A stretch of DNA of 64,000 nt. Source: Lentimicrobiaceae bacterium (lineage in GTDB: Bacteria; Bacteroidota; Bacteroidia; Bacteroidales; JAGONC01). The first letter of the stretch is position 1; the number at the start of each line of letters is the position of its first letter. The position numbers and the translations under genes were made by a program. The notes beneath the pieces were generated by a model that did no database searches, was not told the origin of the DNA, and worked only from the letters and a program-made list of their open reading frames with translations. Shown here piece by piece: positions 1-9,247 of this stretch. Where the stretch lies: contig JAGONC010000002.1 of the NCBI GenBank assembly GCA_017993235.1, forward strand, positions 44,683 through 108,682. The letters are read 5' to 3'.

Positions 1-852
1 CTGAATATCATCATCGCGCCATTCAGCCCTCACTTTTACCGATAGTTCCAGAAAAACCTTCACACCCAGAAAAGCTTCGATCTCTTTTCTGGCTTCAATT
101 CCCAGTTTCTTCAGCGCCTGGCCCTTATTGCCGATGATGATCGCTTTCTGAGACTCACGGCCCATGAGTATGGAAGCACCGATCACGGTGATCTGGTCTT
201 TCTCCTTGAAATGATCAATGACCACTTCAGCCGAATAGGGAATTTCCTGGTGATAATTCAACAGTATCTTTTCACGAATGATCTCTGAGACAAAGAAACG
301 AACAGAACGATCGGTGAGTTCATCTTTGGGATAATAAGGAGGTGCGACCGGCAGTTTTTCCAATATCGCATCGAATACGGTATCCAGGTTAAATTTCAGC
401 AGTGCTGAAACCGGGAAGATCTCTGCCTGGGGGAAATGTCGCTTCATCTCCGTGATTTTCATCAGCACGGTCACCTGGTCCGAAAGGTCAATCTTATTGA
501 TGAGCACGATGACGGGGATGCCTGACTGATGGATTGCCTGAAAGATCTCAGGTTCATAGGTTTTCTCATCCACCTGGGTGACATAAAGGATGATATCAGC
601 GTCGATAAGGGCAGTTTCAATATACTTCATCATGGATTGATGAAGTTTGTAATGTGGTTTAATGATTCCCGGAGTATCGGAGTAAACCATTTGAAAGTTA
701 TCCCCATTAACGATACCCATGATCCGGTGACGTGTAGTTTGTGCCTTGGAGGTGATGATGGATAACTTCTCGCCCACCATCGCATTCATCAGGGTGGATT
801 TTCCTGTATTGGGATTGCCGATGATGTTTATAAAACCTGATTTATGAGCCAT
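1..852 (-). CDS. era: GTPase Era; the last ~10 codons run off the left edge
   Basis: My reverse translation from the ATG at 850-852 reads MAHKSGFINIIGNPNTGKSTLMNAMVGEKLSIITSKAQTTRHRIMG..YSDTPGI..LINKIDL. These are G1 GxxxxGKS, G2 TTR, G3 DTPG and G4 NKxD in Era order, followed by a KH-like tail (GNKGQALKKLGIEARKEIE). It is missing from the ORF track only because no stop lies in the window. Confidence 0.9.
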   Translation of the reverse strand, partial: MAHKSGFINIIGNPNTGKSTLMNAMVGEKLSIITSKAQTTRHRIMGIVNGDNFQMVYSDTPGIIKPHYKLHQSMMKYIETALIDADIILYVTQVDEKTYEPEIFQAIHQSGIPVIVLINKIDLSDQVTVLMKITEMKRHFPQAEIFPVSALLKFNLDTVFDAILEKLPVAPPYYPKDELTDRSVRFFVSEIIREKILLNYHQEIPYSAEVVIDHFKEKDQITVIGASILMGRESQKAIIIGNKGQALKKLGIEARKEIEAFLGVKVFLELSVKVRAEWRDDDIQ

Positions 853-967
853 TCTCATACATTTTTCTTCCCAGTAAATGGTCGGAGGGAATAAATCGCT
901 ATATTTGCAGACAAATTTAAGGGAATATTGGGTTAAGGCCGATAATTCCTGCGAATTAAGACAACAC

Positions 968-1040
<73 letters not shown>

Positions 1041-1046
1041 TCTTTG

Positions 1047-1076
1047 AAAGTCCTATATTATAGGACTTTTTTTATT
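1047..1076 (+). terminator. Rho-independent terminator after tRNA-Met
   Basis: The stem AAAGTCCTAT/ATAGGACTTT has a 3-nt loop and is followed by TTTTTTTATTTT. Confidence 0.75.
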
Positions 1077-1091
1077 TTAGAAAATTCTCGT

Positions 1092-1103
1092 GGAGTAAGG
1101 AAT
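1092..1103 (+). repeat. GGAGTAAGGAAT motif at the left end of the island
   Basis: The exact 12-mer recurs in the same orientation at 6906-6917, with near copies at 6863-6874 and 6875-6882. Confidence 0.7.
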
Positions 1104-1134
1104 TTTAACAATTTTATGATCATCTCACCGTAAA

Positions 1135-1335
1135 CTATTCAGGGAAAATCTTCAAACTCGCCGTCTTTTTTACAGCTTCACTTTGCGCTATATAATGTTT
1201 CTGCACCACATCATCATTGCTATGATCGCTTATGGTAGTAGTTATAGACATACCAAATGTAATCAGCAACCAACAATGTTCAGAAAATGGTAAATAAGGA
1301 TGGACAGTTTGGTCACCAATTAATCCAAAATCCAT
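1135..1335 (-). pseudogene. Possible C-terminal remnant of a tyrosine recombinase
   Basis: In the 66-aa ORF, ..VHPYLPFSEHCWLLITFGMSITTTISDHSNDDVVQKHYIA.. loosely follows the box II layout of Bacteroidota integrases (H-x-x-R...G-x-S-I....L-G-H-x-N....Q-x-Y). The catalytic Arg is not conserved. The ORF lies immediately downstream of the tRNA att site. The similarity is weak. Confidence 0.3.
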
Positions 1336-1338
1336 TTG

Positions 1339-1629
1339 ATGATAACGATACCGATAGGTGTTATAGATAATGCCGAAGATGTTGAGCGCTTTTTCATTCT
1401 GTTACATCGGGCGGGAATTCTTTTTTATCCGGACAATTCATTTTACGATTATTACGAAATGAACGAGAATGGGGAAAAAGAACCATTGTTTTGCGACTAT
1501 GAGGCCATGCGTCTTGATCGGCTAATGCATATATGTTTGTATATGCACGACGAAAAAATCATTAATTTATGGCGGATAGCAGAACAAACCCAATTAATAA
1601 TTATTGGTGATCTTAAACGCAGGAATTGA
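1339..1629 (+). CDS. Hypothetical small protein
   Basis: This 96-97 codon ORF has non-repetitive composition and no motif I recognise. It abuts the divergent ORF at 1335. Confidence 0.35.
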   Translation: MITIPIGVIDNAEDVERFFILLHRAGILFYPDNSFYDYYEMNENGEKEPLFCDYEAMRLDRLMHICLYMHDEKIINLWRIAEQTQLIIIGDLKRRN

Positions 1630-1953
1630 TTGCATAATGGATGATGAAACACAATATTCCATTTCCCGGACCATTGTAACCCTGGATCATTTGATCTCAG
1701 GTTGCATAATTCATATTTAATGAAATTCGAAAATGTTAACTTTACCCGACCCTAATACAATATCATATGAAATCCATCAAAGGTCTACATAGGCAGAGCT
1801 GATGATATTACCACTCCGAGCCGAAAAGCGTTGACCATTTTATTCCATTGATTGTATTGCTGTTAGGGGAAAAGATAGATACCGGTAAAGGATCATCAAT
1901 CTGTCCGGTATCTACAATTGGAGTATAAATTAGATTAATAAACAAATACACAT

Positions 1954-2892
1954 CTAGAATGTATCATAATCAGCTCCGCAAAAGGATATTTTTTCAAAAG
2001 ATAAGTCATTTGAAAATCTTAAAAATCCAATAGGTAATGATTCCACAGGTGTGTATTTTAACGATAAGTAACTATAAAGCCAATGGTTCTCATTCAAAGA
2101 AATGATGGTTTTTTTGCACCCTAATTGCTTTGCTATACACTCTACGGCATGGATAAAATCTTCTGTATCATTATTTTTAAAATAGGCTACATCCCCAACT
2201 ATTAGATGCGAGTCAGCCTTTATTAACATAATAAAATCCTTGTAATTAATTAGATATGTATTATACTTTTTATATTTAAAATAATTTAAATCTTTTTTCA
2301 CATGACCCCAGGATTGTGAAAGATTGAATTTGTCAACAATTTCTTCATTTGGCTCTAAGCGGTGTTTTGATAGCCTAATATCACAAAACTTTTTATAGAT
2401 AGGTTTTAAAATCCAAAATTTCGACACTAATTCACAAATCGGGAAAGCTTTATTGTTAAACTTAAAATCCTTCATTCTTCCGTAAAATTCCCAGTTGAGT
2501 TTTTTAATAAATCCCGGATATGAATTTCTGTTAGGAAAACCAAAGACAAACTGGACTTTTTTTTCTTGGATGTAGTTATAGGTTTCCTTTGCCAGCTCGA
2601 TGAATAATCCTTTACCCCTATGTGCTGGATCGGTCATGGTATCTCCGGATTGAGCAACAAGATAATCTTTATTATCAAGTGACATGATCATAGGAAAAAC
2701 TCCATAATAGGCCGCCGGTCTGTTTTTCTGATCAAATGCAAGAAAGCCGGTATCGCAAAGGCCAAATATACTTGTGTCATACTTTAAAGAAATATCATTT
2801 AGCGATTTACGAAGTTTAAAGCATCGATAGTACAACTTTTTAATATGCTCGACTGAGCTCTTATTAATTCGAATTATTCTATACTCGCTCAT
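1954..2892 (-). CDS. GNAT-fold acyltransferase (FemAB/BioF2-like architecture)
   Basis: QSGDTMTDPAHRGKGLFIELAKE matches GNAT motif A (R/Q-x-x-G-x-G/A). The 312-aa length is typical of the two-lobed FemAB-like GNATs found in exopolysaccharide loci. Confidence 0.65.
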   Translation of the reverse strand: MSEYRIIRINKSSVEHIKKLYYRCFKLRKSLNDISLKYDTSIFGLCDTGFLAFDQKNRPAAYYGVFPMIMSLDNKDYLVAQSGDTMTDPAHRGKGLFIELAKETYNYIQEKKVQFVFGFPNRNSYPGFIKKLNWEFYGRMKDFKFNNKAFPICELVSKFWILKPIYKKFCDIRLSKHRLEPNEEIVDKFNLSQSWGHVKKDLNYFKYKKYNTYLINYKDFIMLIKADSHLIVGDVAYFKNNDTEDFIHAVECIAKQLGCKKTIISLNENHWLYSYLSLKYTPVESLPIGFLRFSNDLSFEKISFCGADYDTF

Positions 2893-2904
2893 AAAATTTT
2901 AATT

Positions 2905-3915
2905 TTAATTATAACCCTTGGACCTAAAAGCTAAGTTAAGTGTTACTACATTGGACTCATAAGTTGTAGTTGAGGATATTCCATGGCGGTTAAGAATGCG
3001 AGGATCATTGTTATCCATTTTGTCAATATAATTAACTGCTAATTGCTTTGTAAACCCTATTTCCATGGCCATATCCTTTAATGGTGAATTATAACTTCCA
3101 TCTGGATAAGCCAGGCTGTCCACTTGTTTATCAATTACCTTTTCTAATAGATCCTTCGATTTCTTCATATCATTGAAGGCATCAACAGCACTTAAATTTG
3201 ATAAGTTATAATGTAGATGACCATGTGAGCCAATTTTAACAATCTTCGAATTCGATAATTCTATGATTTCATCTTTTGACAGCAAAGACCATTGTTCAGA
3301 AGGAATATCCTTGATTTTTTTTCTTAAATCAAACTCATGAACTAGATTGTTCAATATTTGATCGCGTTTTGAGGCATCCTGACTTTTCAGATAATCGACA
3401 AGGCTTAGTCCGGTCATGTCATCGACGAAATTCTGAAATCGCATGTTTTCAATTTGTATAATTGCATTTTTATTATAATATTTCAGACATGCAATGTCAT
3501 CAGCCCATAATATGGGTTCCAGATTATTTTCCAAAACGATGGTTGATATAAAAAAAGTGGCCTGTGCATCATATTTCTCTAATATTGGTAAAGCATTTAT
3601 CAGATTGTTTCTATATCCATCGTCAAATGTGATGTTTATTGATTTGCGTTTAGGCTTTATTCTGTTCCTGTAAAGATTAAAAGCCTCGTCTAAACTGATG
3701 ATATCAAACTCTTTAGTTAAATATTGCAAAATCTTCTCGAACTGATTTAATGGGATATGTCTTGGAGAAAAATTCTTAAAGTCATTTTTCACAACACCAT
3801 GGAACATTATATTAAGCACTGAATGATCTGAGAACTTCCTAAAGATTTTCTCCAAACCTGTATCAGTAATGAGGGGGAAAACCACCTTTCGTGCAAATTT
3901 CTTGTCAAACCTCAT
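2905..3915 (-). CDS. Polysaccharide deacetylase (NodB homology domain)
   Basis: The motifs NITFDDGYRNN (TFDDG metal/catalytic motif), HGHLH and LAYPDGSYN occur in NodB order. Confidence 0.85.
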   Translation of the reverse strand: MRFDKKFARKVVFPLITDTGLEKIFRKFSDHSVLNIMFHGVVKNDFKNFSPRHIPLNQFEKILQYLTKEFDIISLDEAFNLYRNRIKPKRKSINITFDDGYRNNLINALPILEKYDAQATFFISTIVLENNLEPILWADDIACLKYYNKNAIIQIENMRFQNFVDDMTGLSLVDYLKSQDASKRDQILNNLVHEFDLRKKIKDIPSEQWSLLSKDEIIELSNSKIVKIGSHGHLHYNLSNLSAVDAFNDMKKSKDLLEKVIDKQVDSLAYPDGSYNSPLKDMAMEIGFTKQLAVNYIDKMDNNDPRILNRHGISSTTTYESNVVTLNLAFRSKGYN

Positions 3916-3927
3916 TTTAAGAATGTT

Positions 3928-5562
3928 TTAATTGTCCTTGACACAACGAATGGATTTTCCAGTATACCTTTTATTATTTTGGCATCTGACATCCTGGCGG
4001 TCATAAAGTAAATTTCTCTTAATTGCACTAGTCGATGTATTTGTCGAGGATGTCCAGAATGCACTATTGGCACCAATATATTGAAAAGATCCGTCGCTAT
4101 TCATCCGCACACCTGCCGGCACTGCAGTGAATCCGCTTGAATTTGTCGCTCCAAGATTGGGCGTCAACCAGTGAACAGTACCAGTTTCTTTTAAATTTCC
4201 CCCGGCATCATACCCCCTGTAACCGTATATTTCCCAAATGGGATCCCCGACAGGATACTGGCTGTCGACCGTGCCTTCCAGAATCTTCCATTCATTATGT
4301 GAGGGGATGTGCCACCCCTGGGGACAGATGCCTTGTGCGCTTTCCGTGGTCACATACTGCATAGCTTCATCCCATTCATACAATCCGCCGTAAATAACAC
4401 AATAGGCTGTATCGTTGTTGTAACAAAACTTTTCAATGAAGCCGTTATCCGACTGTTGCGATTCCCCTGCCGTGCTCATGACCATGGTTCCGACATTCAG
4501 ATTCTCTTTCATCCAGCACTGCGTGCCGATAAGTACCGTATGGTATGTCCTGCCTTGGTACAGCAAAACAGGAATTCCTGGACAATATGTCGGTGATGGG
4601 GGTTCATCCGGAAAAATAAAATCTCCTACCGAATCGACCCATACAGATTCATTACTGATATAGGTCATAATACCTCCCCTGAAGACGGAGGTCTTGTACT
4701 TCAATTTCCCAGCACTAAAGTCAAAGGCGGTGATTTGGTTCAAGGTATCACTGCTGCCAGTTGCATCTTCGATCTTGAAGGCGGAATCTGATCTGACAAC
4801 TCCACCGACATGCAATAATGTAGATGTATCTACAGCCGAGATACCAATACCAACGGATCCGTTATTGGTCTCAACCAACGAGGTAGCGATTAATGCGTTG
4901 CCATCCCATTTGGGAAGATGATTTAGAATATTAGAACCGACTCGGGGATCTAATTCTGTAGTCAGATAGCCGGCTAAAGCATGATTGCCCCAGCTAGAGG
5001 CGTTGTTCCAGTTAATAATGTCATTAGGTACAATGCTGTAAGCAGCACTCAGTCCGAAGATGGGATCTGTTTCGGTAAACCCGGTCAGATAGCCTGCAAG
5101 AGCATGATCACCCCAGGAATATGCAGTATTCCAATGATTTAAATCAATATCACTGACTGTCGCCACTTCATTGGCATAGAATGCATATGGCACTGTTAAA
5201 AGCTGACTGGTGCCCATATGATAATAATTTGTTCCGCCAGCAGTATCCAACTCAATTTTAACGAAATGGTAAGATCCGCCCCAATCGATACTATCAAATG
5301 TCCCTGAAATTACCGTTCCAGTACCAATGGCCAGATTAACTATGCCATAGTTATTAGTTGTGGTACTATGATTTTCGCAGTAAACCACATTCCCGGTTAT
5401 ATTATCTTCGAGCAAACTAATCCGAATGTTTACGGGTTCGTTTGATAATACCGCGTCAGTATTTCCTCTGATAATAGCTTGGTAATTGATAGCTTCGGGT
5501 ACTTGAGCCAGTAGAAGCGTAACAGCGATAGAAAACACAATGAGTAATATAAATCTTTTCAT
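3928..5562 (-). CDS. Secreted FISUMP-domain protein (Fibrobacter succinogenes major paralogous domain)
   Basis: A signal peptide is present (MKRFILLIVFSIAVTLLLAQ). The C-terminal CWMKENLN..YGGLYEW..CPQGWHIPSHNEWKILE..TNSSGFTAVPAG is the FISUMP signature. The N-terminal half carries two W-x-x-A-x-SWG-(D/N)-HALAGYLT repeats. Confidence 0.85.
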   Translation of the reverse strand: MKRFILLIVFSIAVTLLLAQVPEAINYQAIIRGNTDAVLSNEPVNIRISLLEDNITGNVVYCENHSTTTNNYGIVNLAIGTGTVISGTFDSIDWGGSYHFVKIELDTAGGTNYYHMGTSQLLTVPYAFYANEVATVSDIDLNHWNTAYSWGDHALAGYLTGFTETDPIFGLSAAYSIVPNDIINWNNASSWGNHALAGYLTTELDPRVGSNILNHLPKWDGNALIATSLVETNNGSVGIGISAVDTSTLLHVGGVVRSDSAFKIEDATGSSDTLNQITAFDFSAGKLKYKTSVFRGGIMTYISNESVWVDSVGDFIFPDEPPSPTYCPGIPVLLYQGRTYHTVLIGTQCWMKENLNVGTMVMSTAGESQQSDNGFIEKFCYNNDTAYCVIYGGLYEWDEAMQYVTTESAQGICPQGWHIPSHNEWKILEGTVDSQYPVGDPIWEIYGYRGYDAGGNLKETGTVHWLTPNLGATNSSGFTAVPAGVRMNSDGSFQYIGANSAFWTSSTNTSTSAIKRNLLYDRQDVRCQNNKRYTGKSIRCVKDN

Positions 5563-5726
5563 AATCAGTGAATTAATAACTCCCCTAAATTACGAAAAAA
5601 TTATGAAATAGAAAAATAAATGATAATCAGATCATTCAAGTGAGGGACTTATTTTATAAGCGTAGTGATTTTGGGGATGAACTAATAGATACAGAATAAT
5701 AATCCATTCGTATGACACATTAGATT

Positions 5727-6297
5727 TTAATTCGAAAGATATAATCGTTCCCAATTATATTTTGCAATTCTGTGTCTTTTGGCAACAACACCATATTCGT
5801 TCATTACATTTTTATAGAGAGTTTTAATGGGTTCGTTTATATGCTCGCCAACAATTTCTGCAAATGCACGATTTAATATATCTATTTCTTCATCTGTAAC
5901 ATCGGTAAATCCTAATTCAATACTTTCTCTGACCTAGCTGACAAACATACCACTATAAAATCCGTGTAGTTTGTGCCTTTTTAACATACTCGTCAGCATG
6001 ACACCAGATATATATATTGTTCTGTTTCTTTGATAAAACTTCAGCCATTGTGTCATCCACGACGAATACAAACCATATGATCCCACTGTTTGGGTCTGGA
6101 TAAAATCTGTCATTCGCGCATAATCCGTTTCTTGTTCCGTGACCGCAACATATAATCCTTTCATACATCCCCATCAAATGGCGGAGATGTCTACGGGTAA
6201 TACCCCCATCGATAACAGATTTTTTGGGGATGTCTTTATATATATCACATAGAAATCCTGTTGTAACATCTTTTGGATGAACGATCAAAGTATTCAT
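5727..6297 (-). pseudogene. Disrupted gene of unknown function (one frameshift plus an in-frame TAG)
   Basis: ORF 5953-6297 (..IYIWCHADEYVKK..) overlaps ORF 5934-6164, which ends ..HGFYSGMFVS*. Reading past the TAG at 5934-5936 in the same frame gives 68 more sensible codons (VRESIELGFTDVTDEEIDILNRAFAEIVGEHINEPIKTLYKNVMNEYGVVAKRHRIAKYNWERLYLSN), ending at the TAA at 5727-5729. Confidence 0.5.
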
Positions 6298-6326
6298 AAA
6301 TGAGATAATAGATTATGAAATGATGT

Positions 6327-6746
6327 TTAATTCAATATCCAGCGGGGGAATAAATCCTTAAAATTCTTTCTCTTCCATTCATATATGGCGTTAACCAATT
6401 TTTTGTATGTGTTTTTTTCACCGGCGATAACTTCGCTTGTCCACCTGACAAATTCTTGATGGACAAGATCCAGCAGCTCCGTCTTATCTTGCACACCGCC
6501 AAGCTGAAGGAGGATCGTGGCGGTCTCAGGATCATAGGCGTCTTCAGATAAACCAAAATTGATGAAATGAAGAATATCGTATTTGGTAATAAAGTCCTTT
6601 AATTGTTTGAAAGGTGTTCTATATTTTCGTTTTATCGAATTAATATCCAATCCCGTTACAAGATTTTGGTTTATTCGTTCGATAATAAGTTGATAGAAGC
6701 AGAAAGATGGGATTTGGTTTTGGCGGGGCTTATTGGATTGAGACAT
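6327..6746 (-). CDS. Hypothetical protein (island cargo, adjacent to attR)
   Basis: This is a 139-aa non-repetitive ORF with no motif I recognise. Confidence 0.5.
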   Translation of the reverse strand: MSQSNKPRQNQIPSFCFYQLIIERINQNLVTGLDINSIKRKYRTPFKQLKDFITKYDILHFINFGLSEDAYDPETATILLQLGGVQDKTELLDLVHQEFVRWTSEVIAGEKNTYKKLVNAIYEWKRKNFKDLFPRWILN

Positions 6747-6862
6747 AGGAGATGTCTGGATTGAAAAAAGGGCGCTAAACTAAGCGCTTATTTTGGATTG
6801 CGCAGCATATCCGCTAAAATAAAGGAGAATTTACACCCTGGATTTTTGTGATAGAATGAAAT

Positions 6863-6917
6863 AGAGTAAGGAATGGAGTAAGAAAAAAAGGTAGATTTTG
6901 ATATTGGAGTAAGGAAT
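6863..6917 (+). repeat. Cluster of (A/G)GAGTAAGGAAT motifs at the right end of the island
   Basis: AGAGTAAGGAAT lies at 6863-6874, GGAGTAAG at 6875-6882 and GGAGTAAGGAAT at 6906-6917. All share the orientation of the copy at 1092-1103. Confidence 0.7.
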
Positions 6918-6988
6918 ATTGAAAAACTTGGTTTTGTAATTAATTGATATATAAATTAATACAAACACAATAATTCCTATACATCGGT

Positions 6989-7031
<43 letters not shown>

Positions 7032-7078
7032 AAAAAAACGATGGCCCGGAAGAGAAGTTTTCCGGGCTATTATTTTTC
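7032..7078. terminator. Bidirectional hairpin terminator
   Basis: An A7 run is followed by the stem GCCCGGAA/TTCCGGGC (7044-7051/7060-7067), then TATTATTTTT. It could serve both the displaced tRNA fragment (+) and the convergent gene ending at 7099 (-). Confidence 0.7.
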
Positions 7079-7098
7079 GTTAACTGTGCGAACGCAGG

Positions 7099-7875
7099 TC
7101 AGTCAGCGGATTTTTTATCGATTTGATCCTGTAATTCACTGTAATTCAGTTCCTTGATAATCCTGCCGTCTTCAGCCCAGAAAGTCCAGATGCCGGTTCG
7201 TTTTCCGACGATATACTCTCCTTCGTAAAATTTCTGCCCGTTTTCATGCCAGACGGTATGTTTTCCATGATTGATATCATGCTGAAAATTCCCCTCACTC
7301 CATTTTGTGCCATCCCTGTACCAGGCTTTCCATAAGCCATGCTTCTGCCGGTTTTTAACAGGTCCCTCTGTTTCCTTCAGATGATTGGGATAAAAATGGA
7401 CTTCACCCGTAATGGTACTGGCTGTATCATTTTCCATTTTTAAAAAACGGATCATCAGGGGAAAACCCACGGAATCAAATTCCATCCGGTGCTGGTCGGC
7501 CGACAGGAGATTACCGTCAAAATCCCACACCTGCCAATCTCCGCTGCGGAGGCCGTGCTGGAATCTGGCCTCGGCATTCTTTACCCCGTTTTCATACCAG
7601 ATTGTCCACATGCCCTGCATCTGGTCATTTTTCCCAACATCGCCTTCAAGTTGACTGTTTCCATTCTGATACAGGTATTCCGTACGATACCATACACTGT
7701 CCTTCCCCTCCAGGCGATAATAGCTGATCTGCCTGGGCTTGCCATCGGCAAACGTACTGACGATCCTTTTACCCTCGCCTGAGGAGCAACCCAGATAAAA
7801 CATAGCAACGCCCAGGATGGCGATCCACGATAGGATTGAAAATGTGACTGATTTTTTCGGCATAGGCTTGAGCAT
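7099..7875 (-). CDS. MORN-variant repeat lipoprotein (YwqK-like)
   Basis: A lipobox-like FYLGCSS is present. The repeats W-x-x-W-Y-x-N/D-G-x-K-x-x-E-G-x-F-x-x-G-x-x-x-G are typical MORN_2-type repeats. The start overlaps the pyrC stop (TAATG). Confidence 0.75.
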   Translation of the reverse strand: MLKPMPKKSVTFSILSWIAILGVAMFYLGCSSGEGKRIVSTFADGKPRQISYYRLEGKDSVWYRTEYLYQNGNSQLEGDVGKNDQMQGMWTIWYENGVKNAEARFQHGLRSGDWQVWDFDGNLLSADQHRMEFDSVGFPLMIRFLKMENDTASTITGEVHFYPNHLKETEGPVKNRQKHGLWKAWYRDGTKWSEGNFQHDINHGKHTVWHENGQKFYEGEYIVGKRTGIWTFWAEDGRIIKELNYSELQDQIDKKSAD

Positions 7876-9224
7876 TAGCGATTGAATACAAGACGTTTCC
7901 CGATGTGTGATCCATCAATTTTACCTGAATTATACACCAGGTGACCATTCACAAACGTATGGGTGACTCTGGAGCGAAATGTTTGTCCCTCAAAGGGTGA
8001 CCATCCGCATTTATACAGTAATCCGGATGAGCCTGTCACCGTCCATGGATCATCGGGACTGACCAGTACCACATCCGCCCAGTAACCTTCGCGGAGGAAG
8101 CCCCGGTCTTTGATCTGGAAAAGGATGGCCGGATTATGACACATTTTCCGGACAATCATTTCCAGTGAAATTTTACCCTGGTGATAGAATTCCAGCATCG
8201 CAACAAGGGAATGCTGTACCAGGGGGGCACCCGACGGGGCGTGATAGTAGCCCTTGTTTTTCTCTTCAAGGGTGTGCGGGGCATGATCCGTGGCAACCAC
8301 ATCGATTTTATCGTGCAAAAGCGCTTCGAAAAGGGTGTTGCGGTCGTTTTCGGTTTTAATCGCCGGATTCCATTTTATCTTCATGCCACAGCGGGAGTAA
8401 TCCTGCTCTGTGAACCAGAGATGGTGCAGGCACACTTCACCCGTTATGCGTTTTTTCTCCAGGGGCAGGGATCCATCCAGCAGATCCACTTCCCGTGCGG
8501 TCGAAAGGTGCAGAAGGTGCAGTTTTGTGTTAAATTCCTTAGCCAGCTGTACAGCCAGGAAAGCCGAGCGGTAACATGCCTCTTCACTTCGGATGCGGGG
8601 ATGGACTGTGACAGGCGGATCATCGCCATATCGTTGCCTGAATTCCATCGTGTTATTACGGACCGTGGATTCATCCTCGCAGTGGGCTGCAAGGATCACC
8701 GGTGATTGTGCAAAAAGTGACCGGAGCACCCTGCGATCATCCAGCAGCATATTCCCCGTTGAAGAACCCATAAAAACCTTGACTCCGCAAACCGTTGCAG
8801 GATCAGTTTTCAGGACTTCCGCCAGGTTGGTGTTCGACGCTCCCATATAGAAGGAATAATTGGCCAGGGATTTTTCGGAAGCCAGTTGGTATTTTTCCTC
8901 CAGTTGTGCCTGTGAGAGCACGGGGGGGATCGTGTTGGGCATATCCATAAAAGAGGTAATGCCGCCTGCCACAGCCGCACTGCTTTCGGTCAGGAGGTCG
9001 CCTTTGTGCGTCAGGCCTGGCTCCCTGAAATGAACGTGATCGTCAATGATCCCCGGAAGGATCCATTGATTCCCGGCATCCACAGGTATGGCTCCGGGTA
9101 CCTCCTCTGATGGTTTACCCCGATAGATCCTGTCAATCCGACCATTACGGATCATCAAACCTCCTTTGAACATTTCCTGTTCGTTGACAATCCATCCGTT
9201 AAAAATATGGTAATGATCGTTCAT
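7875..9224 (-). CDS. pyrC: Dihydroorotase (amidohydrolase superfamily)
   Basis: IIDDHVHFREPGLTHKGDLLTESSAAVAGGITSFMDMPNT is the class I dihydroorotase N-terminal signature, and ATDHAPH lies near the C-terminus. Confidence 0.85.
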   Translation of the reverse strand: MNDHYHIFNGWIVNEQEMFKGGLMIRNGRIDRIYRGKPSEEVPGAIPVDAGNQWILPGIIDDHVHFREPGLTHKGDLLTESSAAVAGGITSFMDMPNTIPPVLSQAQLEEKYQLASEKSLANYSFYMGASNTNLAEVLKTDPATVCGVKVFMGSSTGNMLLDDRRVLRSLFAQSPVILAAHCEDESTVRNNTMEFRQRYGDDPPVTVHPRIRSEEACYRSAFLAVQLAKEFNTKLHLLHLSTAREVDLLDGSLPLEKKRITGEVCLHHLWFTEQDYSRCGMKIKWNPAIKTENDRNTLFEALLHDKIDVVATDHAPHTLEEKNKGYYHAPSGAPLVQHSLVAMLEFYHQGKISLEMIVRKMCHNPAILFQIKDRGFLREGYWADVVLVSPDDPWTVTGSSGLLYKCGWSPFEGQTFRSRVTHTFVNGHLVYNSGKIDGSHIGKRLVFNR

Positions 9225-9247
9225 ATCAAGCAGCTGATGACCGCGAA

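Larger units (their letters stand above)
1041..6988. mobile_element. Degenerate tRNA-integrated genomic island (no intact integrase)
   Basis: The island is bounded by the perfect 43-bp tRNA 3'-end direct repeat. It is visibly AT-richer than the flanks, especially 1954-3915. GGAGTAAGGAAT motifs occur near both ends, and a short integrase-like C-terminal fragment lies next to the tRNA. Confidence 0.6.
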
